64,000 nucleotides of DNA from Phoronis australis. Taxonomy: Eukaryota; Animalia; Phoronida. The stretch lies in NCBI GenBank assembly GCA_002633005.1, contig NMRA01000238.1, positions 310,001 to 374,000 of the forward strand, written 5' to 3'. Of this stretch, positions 50,601 through 62,600 are shown piece after piece (the stretch's first letter is position 1; each line of letters starts with the position of its first letter). Below the pieces are notes generated by a model. The model was given only the letters and a program-made list of their open reading frames with translations, was not told where the DNA came from and did not search any database. A program made the position numbers and the translations under genes.

Positions 50601-53600
50601 GTTGAGAATCTAAGCAATTGGGGTTGTTTCAACCTTATGTGACTTTCACCACCAGTCACCAGTTACTGGTGAAAAGTTTCACATCATTTCTCAATTAAGT
50701 TCAGTAAAAGGTCCCTAACTGTTCTTGTTCATTAAGTGATTAGAAGTCTTAATCAGACTGATACTGCTAAAATATGTTGTACACTAAAAACAAGATATAG
50801 TAGTCAAGTGCATAGTATAAAGAATTGAGTAACCTTTAATTGCTATCCCTGTGCTCTCAGAGTAACAAATAAGTGGCAGAGTTGATTGTCTATTGTGCAT
50901 CATATTTATATCATATCCTGTTTTTCGTTTCAGTCACTTGTTCGCTCAAAGTCCTCACCACGTCCACTTCCAAAGAGTAAGTTGGGTTTCATCTACCAAG
51001 TATTTTAACACAAGAACCTCCAACTGTGCCTTTTTGACTAAAGATATGAAGCTATACTTCTGATGTGATTACTCTTTTGACTCATATCTACTTAAAATGG
51101 CTCTAGTGCAGAGTTCAGATTTAGCATCAGCTAAGGGGCCAAATGCCTGTGGTTTTACCAGTTTTGTCTGTAAAGCACAGAATTTCATGCAATACTGTTT
51201 GTTTTGGGTTTGTTATAAACCTGCTGAAAAGGTTTTCAATAGTTTGGCTTTGCTTCAAGTTTCAAAACTTAGAAGCAAAGATGTGGTCATGAGATAAAAT
51301 TTCAAGTTCTTACCCTGAAATTAAAATTGTCCCAACAAAATTTATGTAATATACCCCTCAGCTAGGTAAGGCCACCTCAAGATACTATTCATTAAATCCC
51401 AACAACAAGCAGTAACTCCCATATATCTGATCTCATGTCACCTGTTGGTCACAGTTGTGACTAATCACAGGATGAAGGTGTTGCAGATTAAGTCTGTTAC
51501 TAAATCCTGCCTGCTGTTGAAGTAACGGTCAACAGTAAATAAGCTTTTGTCTTTAATTTCAGTTTTTATATTTTGAAAATTGATCATCATCAGCTGTAAT
51601 CAATGAGTTGGGGTATGAAACGGGGCATTTTAAAGAATTGTTTAAATCAAACTTAAATCTTGGTGTTGCAACGTAGTAACACACAACACACAACACTAGG
51701 TGAGACAGCTATTGTCAGGTCATCGTACTAATGTTTTCCTTCAGAACTGACACCACTGAATCATGAGGCATCGTCCCCAGCTATTCTTCCATCTGACGCC
51801 ATCAGCGCAGAGTGGGATGCGCTGAATGTTACTAAACCTCCTAGCAGGTAATGAGTGCAGTATGTGGTCAAATGTTAGGTTGATCTTTAAGGTAACAGTT
51901 CTTTGATTAGGGATAAAAGTTATTATTTCAAAAATTCCCATCTTTCTGTTTTTCAAATGTTTACTTAAATTGTATTTGCTTAAAATTTAACATTTTTCTT
52001 TAGTGACAACCATTCTATGCATTTCATGCTAATGAGGAAATTCAGTTTTCTTATAAATATGTAAAAATTTTGGTAAAATGATGTAACACTGTTTCCGCCA
52101 TGTTGCGTGATAAATTGAAGAATTTTATCGTCAATATCAAATGGTAGACATTTGTTATCATACTGTTAGTCTGGATTATTTCCTTACAATAGTTGAACAT
52201 GTATCGTCTAACCCATGTCCAGTAAGTGTGTGATGGTAGTCTGTAAAAACGGTTGATTTTAAGTGTTGTATCATGATGATAACCAATCTGAGTCTTTTTA
52301 ATCATTGGAAAGAGAACAGACATTTTGAAAGTGTAAGTCAAAAAGTCTTTTCAGTATTGTTGAATTAGCAATGGACAGTTTGCACTACGTACTTTGTCGG
52401 TCTTAATTGAAAGATACTCTCAGAGAGTAGTGCTATCACTGATGAGGTCATCTACATTTAAATATTGCAATATAGAATGTTCTTGCAGAGAGGGTCCTCG
52501 CCGACTAGGTGAACCCAGAGGACGTCCACCTCTCCAGCCGAAATTGACCAACACGCCAGAGAAGTTACAAACCAAATACAGTGATCACTCACTGACTCCC
52601 CTGACAGAGCGGCCAGTCTCACGTAATCTGTTCAACCGAAGTGCCAGTGATTTAACAAATGAGAGAGAAAACCCTCACCAGAGGCTGGCCTTCAGAAAGT
52701 GTATGTAATGTTGAAATTATAATATTTACCGCAACTCATAGTAAAGTAGGGCCGTCTTTTTCCTTGGGTGGCAGGTGCCAGTTCCTTAACTGGGTGGTTT
52801 ACTCTTGGAGGAGGTAATTTATCCTTCTTCAACCACTAGACAACTGACTATTCAACTTATGGCAGTCTAGGTGCTTGCTTAAGGAAATGGTTGTGAACTA
52901 CTGAACATAACTTTTGTCAGATCTTGTCATATTCCAAGCTGACAATGCTTTCACTCATTGCTTTCTTATGTTACTGGGGGGATATCAGATTGAGTAAAAG
53001 TTAAACAAGCTCGTTTTGCTAAACAAATAATTTTGTATTGTTATTTCATTGGGTGGTGAATGAGATTGGATGAATTTCATTGGGAAAATTGTGTTGATGT
53101 AGACAGTCTTTCTCTGTGGGTTCTCATGGATGACTCACACTGTGGGTTCTCAGCTTGAAAGGGGTTGGTTTGATCCCTGGCTGTGCAAGTTGCGTTATTT
53201 TATTTTTGGAGATAAGCAGATAGCTTTCGTTGTTTCAGTCAACTTGAATGAGAAACCAATCACAATTAGGTAGTTGCCTGCATTGGTGTAGCATATAATC
53301 CATAACGTTGGCTTTCGTCTCTTCAGGGGTCTGAAACCAGAGTCAGCATGTATTTCTTTCAACTTTGGTTTTATAAATACGTTTTCATTTTCAGCGGATC
53401 CAGTAAGAAAGTTTGCAGCCACCCCTTCAGGTGATTCTCAAATCGAGGTCACCATCGTCGGCCTTGACCGAGATGAGTCACGAGGAGGCGCGTCAGCTAT
53501 GCGTCGGCATTCTGAACCACAGAACACATCATTTAGTGACCTGGCTGCCTCCTGTGATGACATGCTTGCCAAAGGTAACATTTGTTAAACTCTATAACAC

Positions 53601-56600
53601 CCAGTTTTATTTTAAAGTTTTATATTATTTATATTAAATTTAACTCATTGAATGTGAAAGATTTTTTGCTATACCATAGATATTGCTACATGGTGTTAGT
53701 ATTAATTCATACAGTAATTCTTGTGGAGTTTTGAACAAAGATGATTGTAAATTTTGGCTTGCCACTAGTAACTAAAATTTAGTGACTACTATGCGCAATA
53801 TGCTTATTGTGAAGTATAATTTCCTTTTTGTTTATTTTTGTTGCGTAACAACAAAAAATTCCACTTTTCCATCATGTTGTGTGGGGAATTCTGACAGGTG
53901 CATTTTGTAACACTTTTTATTGTAGTTAGTTAACTGCAAACAGTTGATAAATAAGACAGGTCAGGATGAAGTAAAAAGAAAACACAATCTATGTTACCGA
54001 ACATGAAAACCCGTCATTGTTGTAAGGTCTCAGGTCCTTCAAACAGAAGCATTGTTACATAACAGTTTTTACTAGTCAGATTAGCTTGTCATGCCTAGGG
54101 CTGTAATACCATATCTGTCGTGTTTTGTTTGCAGTTCGTAATTCAGTATTCACTCCAGAGAGGTCAGATTCGTCATCGCCACCTCCTCGACTGACACCGC
54201 TGAGGACACCTTCAGGTTCGGACAGGAGACGCATGAAGATTCCAGATACAATAGATGAGAACAAAGTATCTGGCTCTAAGCCAGTCATTCTTGATTTAGG
54301 TACTAGAACTACCCATATGCTGACTTATATTAAATATATAGATGCTGAGGTTGGCCAGTAATGAAATATATCAAATAAACACAGAAAAATCAAGAACCCC
54401 AACTGGGAATCGAACCACAGGTCTCTAGATTGCTGGTCTAGTGCTCTCGCTTCTGAGCTACTGAGGACCCGATATCTGTGCAATCAATTCCCGTGTGGAA
54501 AAGGCGAAATGCCGCTCATGGGATGCATGACTTAACAGTTGGCTGTAAACAGTATATATAATTGTCCAAATCCCGTGTGGAAATGGCAAAATGCCGCTCA
54601 TGGGATGCATGACATAACAGTTGGCTGACGTAAACAGTAATTGCACAGATATCGGGACCTCAGTAGCTCAGTGGTGAGAACATGTGACCGGCAATCTAGA
54701 GACCTGTGGTTCAGTTCCGAGTTGGGGTTCCTGATTTTTCTGTGTTTATCTGACTTATATTCATCAGCGTGTTGGAAGTTTTAACTCAAAAATGAAATAA
54801 TAACAGTTGGACTTCATGATATGTTGTTTTGTAAAAGTCTTTCAGTGTTTTGAATTACTTGATTACTTGATGGCCATGTGCTGACATGATTTTTAATCCC
54901 ATCTTTCTTTAACCTACAGTTGATTTCGTTCTCCTTTGGTACAAATTTGCATGACATTCTGAGTAATTATTTTGCTCACTGTCGAGTTTCTATGACTTTT
55001 CAGATCAAATGAGATTGACTCAACAAAGTGGCTCGCCGCTGTTCATAGACTACAGCGCCCTCTACCCAGGCCGCCGCATCATCCCACCGACCCCTACATC
55101 TCAGGGCAGAGTCAGCAGCACCCGCCTGATTGATCTGTCGTCAGATTTTGGCTCCCGTGAACAGTCGCCTGAAGATTCCTCCAAGGTGACTATTAAGAAT
55201 GCTGTATGGTTAATTCTTGCACTGTTTTTGAATACAGAAGACTTTAGAACATATGGTGGCTGATGAATGGAATTCCATTTTGTCTTATTTAGAAACTACT
55301 CATACAAGTTTCATTAAACGCACAACTTCTATTTTAATTTCCTGTTTAATTGCCAGTTATTCGTATTGTCACACTGTTTGTCTACCATCCACTGTCAGAA
55401 GTCACAAGAGTTGACACAAAGATAAGACAACGAATTAAAAAATCCACATGATGATGTACATTTTACTGTAACTTCATACATGGCAGTTCAGTCATTGTAG
55501 ACTATCAGAGGTGTTAGTAAAATTTCTGAATAACTTCAACATTTTATTTAGAAAGCAATGAATCATGCACACTGTTTAAGTCAGCAGTATGAGCACAGCA
55601 GAAAGGTCAAAGGTCAAATTTTATGATGATAGTAATACCACTAGAGAGAATCAACAATTAGCTATTATACAACTATAAAATTCTGTTGATGCCAGCGTGG
55701 TGATGATTATTGTTCTTCATTGTTAGTATGGTTTGTGCACTACAGATGGCACTAAACAACAGTCGGTGACATTCTAAGAATTTGCAACAACATTGCAAGC
55801 CTTTATGCAAAAAATTGTCCCAAATTGATGAAGTTTTGCCGTACACTGTGTCAAAACACTTGAATGAGTTGAAGTCACTTAATTTTGTAAAAGGGTGAAA
55901 TGAGATTGGCTGTCAAAAAATTCAAAACTGCAATTTGTCATTTCACAGGATAGTTCACCGAGGTCTGATGTCGTCTCCCCTCCTCACATGGTGATACATA
56001 AAGAGAACTTCAACATTGAAGAGACAAGAATCTCAGAGAACCCCACCTCAAATCGTAGTAGCATTAACTCTAGTGTTAGCGACCTGACCACACCCTCCCC
56101 AGTCAATGCTGACACACCGAGACGATTGAGTCTTCCACCAATGGGGAGTCCTGAAAAGTCTGCATCCGGAATCTCGCCAAAGATCTCACCAAAAGCAGTG
56201 GCTAGTTCCGCGCGTGTTGTCAATAGAAAGATCCCTGAAAAAGCAACAGAGAAGAGTTCTGGAAAAGCAGAGAATGTCAAATCCCCAGAAAAGAATATTG
56301 AAAAAGCAAAGAATTTGGCAGTGAAATCTGCAGGTGTTGTTTCTACAAAGGTACCTAAGGTTAGCTCTCCTCACAGTGGAGGTCGGAAAGAGCCTGGTGG
56401 TAAAAGTATTGAGCAGGTGTCGGCTTCACAGGTGGCACGTCTGAGAGCTCAAGCTAAGGTGAATGCTGTGAACAGGCTTGCAAACAGCAGCAGAGCCAAA
56501 GTTTCTGATGGTAAAATCAGCTTGACCCCAACAGCTGGGGCCAGTGAAGACATGGCAAGTGCAACTGAAAATGTGAATGTATCTTCACCTCCAAAGAACA

Positions 56601-59600
56601 AGGTGACTGTTCATTCCAACTTCTTTGTGACGGAAATGCCAGACAAGAGTTTGGACTTTGGAAACCTGAGCGTCAGTGTGAATCAGGGTGCTGGTTTAAC
56701 TGTGCAGGCAGCAAAGGCAGAGACAGTAACTGGACAGGTTCTGGCAAGCACATTCAGTCCTGCATGCCAGCAGACACCTGGCACTAGTTCTCGTTCTTCA
56801 AATGTGAAGACTTCCAAAGAAGTGACCACTAATAGTCAACCCAGTGCTAAAGATGTGAACAATACAACGAAAACAACGTCCAGATCTCCTAGGGAATCTC
56901 AGAAAGATGTGCCAACATTAAAGCGACAGATATCGTCAACTTCTGTTGCTAGCTTCACTGGTGGGTCATATCCTGTAAAAATGTCACCCGAGAAGAACAC
57001 CAGACTGACTAAGGTCAGCTCCACCATTATATCTGATCATTCGGTCAATACAAACCCAACAAGGACTGGTGCCTTGAGAGGCTCGACTACTCCACGTAAA
57101 CCTCAGCAAAGGTCTCCAAGTAAAACTTTAAACAAAGATCCAGGTCTTAGCATGCTAGGCAATGTTGGTGAGAATGAGCCTGGCAGAGGTAAAGTTGTTC
57201 CCAACAGTATTAAGATTCATCCTCCAGATGTCTCTGCTAAAGAAACAACCAATAAGAATGCAGTTTGTGAGGACCAAAAATTGACTTCAGAGGTCACTGG
57301 TAGCTGTGAAAGTACAGGAACAAGTGCTAATACAGAAACTGTTTTTGATCAGAAAAATTCATCAAAGACGATGAAGAAAGATTCAAGCAAAATATCAGTG
57401 AATGCTAAGGTCTCAGATTTGTCAACTGAAGAAATTCTAGACCCTTTTGTTTCTTCACGAACGAAGCAATCTGTTGAAAACACGATAAAAGAATCGCAGC
57501 AGACTAGAGCTTTAATTGATGAATCATTCCAGACTTTTGCCCAGGCATACATTGAACCACCCTCGCCTTCCAAGTCTCCAAAAAAGTCTACAGATATCCT
57601 TCTCCATGCAATCGAAATGCTGGAGAACGTAAATAAGGAACTGGACAAAGAGGAGAGACTTACTCCTCGAAAAACTGTTGCCAAAGAAGAGCTTGTAGTA
57701 AAGAAGAATGATGGTGAACCTTCGAATGTACAAAAAACAGAGTCAAAAAGTAAGATGTCCCCATCTAAGCCTGTTCAGAAGGATGTCAGGAGAAACACTG
57801 CAAGTATGGATAAAAAGGCCTCTTCTAAAACCAATCAGGTCAGCCCTATAAGGGACCCAAACAAAGCAGACTTAAGTAAAAATAAAGTGGATAACAACAA
57901 GAAAATGGCCACTTCTGGCAGTCCTGTCAAATTGACAACCAAATCCATGGCGGTTAGCGAAGAGTCACAAACCAGTAAGCTTGATGATTCAAAACTTACA
58001 TCATGTCACAAGTCAGATTCAAAGACTTCGAAGCTGACTACCAACTCGTCAACAGGTGCCCCTTGTTCTACTGATAATAAGGATGTTAAATATGCCAGTG
58101 CTACATTGTCAGGCACTAGTGCAAAAGTTGACACAAAGCCAGTCTCATCTCCTCCAAACAAGCAGAGTGAATCAAATTCCAGGCCAAGTAAGTTGGTTAA
58201 GAAGTCGTCGTCCGTTGACGAAATAGCAAAGGATATAAAAAAGGCCGTCACAGAAAAGAAAGCTTTGGATCGTAAAACAGTGAAGACTGAAGCCAATAAT
58301 TCTGTTAAGCCGTCTGCTTCATCAAATGTATCCAAGGTTGAACCGAAGCCATCAAATATCTCTCCTCGTAAAACCAAGACAACTCTATCGCGAACTTCTC
58401 AGTCGGGTGCAAAAGTTGAATCGGGTTACTTGACTCAGAGTGATAATGTTAAAGTTGAGGGTAAAAATGGACAAATCAACCCTGAAGAATTAACTCCCCT
58501 GGACAGCAACAAAGTTCCCATGGTTGTGTACGCTGGAGGTAGCAAAGAACTGGCCAAAACAGTGAACATTAATTTCTTAGAACATACTGGTCCAGTTATA
58601 GAAGATGTGTTTGAGAACTTCCCTCAGCCAGTTGACTTGACTTTTAATAACAATCAGGCTACACCTGCTTCTGAGCCAAGTTCCAAAGGAAAGACTGCAG
58701 GTTCTCAGAAGCCGGTGACGTTCCAGTTTACTGGCTCATCTAAGTCTCGGATAAAAAGCTCTGCCAAGAGGTCTGTCAAGGATAAAGATTTGGTGGAACA
58801 ACGTAACACAAGCAGTAACAAAAATGTGTCCGGCAAAAATTCACCAGAGAATAAGTCGAAGAAAGGAGTTACTGATCGTAAGAGAAGGAATGTCAAAAAA
58901 AGGAAGAAAAAGGGCCAAGGTCAAATTTACATAAGTGAACGTGCTAATTCTCCAACTAACGCGCTGATATCTGGCATTGGATGGCATATTGAAACGCATT
59001 GCAATGATAAATCAGATGTCATCGCTGTCGGTTTGGCGGATTCCACTGATGATGAGAAGGACTCTGAAAAGAAACCAGCTGAGCGCAGTCAAAGTGCGAG
59101 AAGTGATGCAGAAATGAAACTTAATGCAATAAATAAACTGTTGGATTCTGATAGCAGTTTGAAAGGAACCGAGCAAGTAAAAAGAAAAGTTTTATCGGCT
59201 GACAGGAAGGAGGCTATTCGAGAAATGCTCAAGAGATATCATGAATTTGGAGACCAGAATCTGATTCCTCAAACTCTGCACGCAATCAAGGAGTTCTCCA
59301 AACAGGTGCAGGACAGTGATCTTAGTCACCTGCTTGGATTGGACCAATCAGGAGATAGTCTGCACACGGACTCCTACTGCTCTTATGTCTTTGGCGACGA
59401 CTCTGTGGATTCTATCAAACAGTCAGCTGTCCGACAATCATTCCAACATGGCGAACCTGTGAAGGAGAGTGCGCGGATGGAAAACATAGGTGTTGGAGAG
59501 CAGCACTTTCCGCTCAGAGAATCGGACGATGATTATGTTCCAATGTCTGAACACGACAGTGAATTCAGTGTGAGCGCTGATTCATCTAGACAGTCGAGTG

Positions 59601-62600
59601 GTCAGTCAAAGTTGGGCAGTGGAAAGACAGCTTTCATTGACCAATTGAGAGAGTTGAGAGACTCTAATTCAGGGGTGCGGGAGGTAACTGAAGAGAGTAT
59701 GGACACTAGCAGGAACTCTGTCAGGGAGCAAAATCCTCCGGCGGGTTTGTCGCATGATGTCACAGCAAGAGGGTCTGAGAGGATTATTGAGCAGAACTTG
59801 ACTGCAGCACCCACAGACGCATCAAGTGTGCTTCCTGATTCAACCAATGCTGTTCATAGCAAGGAGAAATTTGTACGCTCGTTGTCGGACACTTGGACTA
59901 CAAGTGCAGACTCAAAACCATTTAAAGAAAAAACCTTCGTGGAACTGAAGAATACACCTACTTCACCACAGCAAGTGTCTTCCGACAGAAAATCTCCATC
60001 AAAGACTGAAGTCGCCGATGCAAACTCTAGCTATAATGAAACAAACCCAGAATTCATGCAGGTTCATCATCCTAGCGACATATTTGAGAAGCTTTATATG
60101 AAACCATCCATGGATGATGCAGCCAGTGTAAGCTTAGTACCACAGCCAAGCAAACAAGAACCAGTTGTTTCTAAAAACATTGCAGGGTTACCACCTCGCC
60201 CTAAATCTTCAAAACCTCCATCTATCAGAAGTCAGGCTAACTTCAGACCCCAAATTAACCACCACAAGGGCAATTTTGCAGAGGTCAAAGTTGAGGACGG
60301 GGTCAGAGAAAAGGTGAAGAATTGTTTAAATTTTTTAAAATCAAAATAAATGTTGCTTTTTTAGAAGGTCAAAAATAATTCATCGGTTAGTTTTAGTCTG
60401 AGATTTTTTTAATAAAGATGTGGGGAGCTAGTGTATGTTAAATATAGTGTTTTGAATATAAAAATACCCATAGAGATCTGTTAAGTTATGTGGGTGAATA
60501 CTTTTTATTATTTCTTTTATTGGTGGTTGAAAAACCTAGTCCATCTGGTATACCTAATTTTGCTCTGGATAATTTTTCAATTGATTGCCGGGTCTTTCAA
60601 AAACCAGCTTTATTTGTTTCAAGGTGCATTTGCGCACATGTTTTTCAGTTCTTTTGCATTGATCTTTAGAGACATTTGGATAGGAAGCTCATGTTTATAA
60701 GTCAACTCATTGTTTTGTGTGTTTTCACAATTTTTCAAGACTTATCCACATAATAAAGTTTTGTTTTTGTACCATAGATGCAAGCGAATTCCATTTTAGT
60801 TCTGAGTTTTTTGATAGTTGTCATTGAACTTTTATTAACTGTTACCACATGTAACACAGTTGATAACGTTGAGTTGTACCACAGGACATGGACGAGATGT
60901 CCGACCATCCTTCTCTTGCAAACTCCGAGGCCTTGTCAGAAATGTTAAGCGTGGCAGAAGATGTTGATGAGAATGTGTTAACTCAGCAAGCTGTTGTTCA
61001 AGTCATGGACAGCCCTGAATCAAGGGTAAGAGTTGCACTCACAAAATGGTGTCACAGTATTACCATAGTACAATTGTCATACTAGTATTAGACATAAAAT
61101 AACATACTAATGGACTTGGTATCTGAAAAATGAGCTTGCCTTGGGTATCGGATCGGACACAATTATTACCATTTTGACTGTTGTCAGTGTTCAAAACCTG
61201 CATGTTTCACAATCTCTCAACTCTCCCCTAAAAGCATACATTTTTGGAATGTTTACATGTTGTTTGGCTAATATTTATAAAGGGGAACTGCAAACTTCTG
61301 AATTTTTGCTGGTATTTGTGCTAGAGTAAATATGTCTCCAACTCTCTGGTTTATTGTAGTTTTTACTAACAGCTAGTGTATTAATGTGTCATAATGATGT
61401 TACAATATGGCAAATTAATACACTAGCTAATGGCATCAACTTATTTGTTTCGAATTCTACCAGAAAAAAGCATAGTAATATTAAGGTATTCAATACCTTT
61501 TGGTCACACCCCTAAGTAACAAAGTACCCTCTGACTCTACGGTATTTACCCACAATGCTGCACTTTGAGAAGGCACTTTTCTCCCTGAATCCTCTGACTG
61601 ATCAAATGAGTGATTCATGTTTAGCACGCAATGAATTTGTTCTCAATCTCTGTTGTTCAGATGTACACTAGTCGACTGGGAAGGAAAAGCTCGTCTCGCG
61701 TAGGAAGTGCGTGTACGCAAGATTCAGACGGTGACAAAATCATTGAATGGAAGAAGGGAAACATGCTGGGAAAGGGTGCCTACGGAATGGTAAGATTACC
61801 CTATCCCTATTGGATGATCAACGCAGATAACAATTGAGCAGATGACGAAGAGAGCTATCATTAGCGTTGTTGTATTTTATTTCTACCTGAAGATGAAACA
61901 TGACCTGATTCAAAATATAGCCGTCATTTTATGTTGTTTTTTTTTGTTAATCTCCTTTATCATCATTGTCATTGGAAGATGACAATATAACAGGAATTTG
62001 AGAGTGTGTAATTAAGGTTGCACATAGACAGCACTGTCATGATTTCAGCCAATTTTAATTGGTTGAAATCGTGACAATTTAAAAATTGCAGAGATTAGAG
62101 GTCTAAAACCTGTGCCTACGTCAACTGCATTTGTGGTGTTTTCATTAGGCTACAGATAATGTTCTTTCATTTTGAATATGACAGAGCTTGTTTCTAATTG
62201 ATGTGGTAAACGTTTGATGGTATTCTTAATATCTAGAAGTAGTCATTTTGAGACATAATGATTCTAATACAGCACCTTGCCTGTGATGGAAGTAAACACC
62301 AGGAGAATGGAAAGTTTTGAACGTACTGAAATTTTTAAATGCATGAGAAAGTGTGCGTCTAATGGGGGCCAGCCTGTCCTACTCTGATAGGGGAGAGGTG
62401 TTGAAACTGGCTGACATTTAGAGAAGCATAGAAATTTGTTAGAAGCATTATGGCTGGAGAATTCAAACTGCTGTTTACAGTTACTGAAAATTTGTTGAAA
62501 ATTGACTGAAATTATTGATAAATCTCTGTTATTTTAATACCGATTATCACTTATGAAAATGTCAATAATTCATAGGTATGGTGTGGACTGACCAATGACG

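Larger units (their letters stand above)
54342..54769. mobile_element. Fold-back element: two ~125-bp inverted arms, each containing a tRNA-like unit, around two ~82-bp direct repeats
   Basis: Left arm 54361-54484 is the reverse complement of right arm 54640-54764; central repeats begin tcccgtgtggaaa at 54489 and 54571. Confidence 0.8.

Noticed and set aside
54395-54729. Two functional tRNA genes
   Set aside because: Stem mismatches, a bulged T-stem and degenerate A or B boxes; the inverted homology extends well beyond the tRNA bodies, indicating a repeat
54342-54769. Hammerhead ribozyme (CTGATGA on the - strand at the element end)
   Set aside because: No properly placed GAAA and stems could be built by eye
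55984-59847. Multiple - strand ORFs inside the giant exon
   Set aside because: Antisense shadows of a long, compositionally biased CDS
55988-60349. Stand-alone 1453-aa intronless gene
   Set aside because: The frame is open upstream to an acceptor at 55948 and phases match flanking exons on both sides
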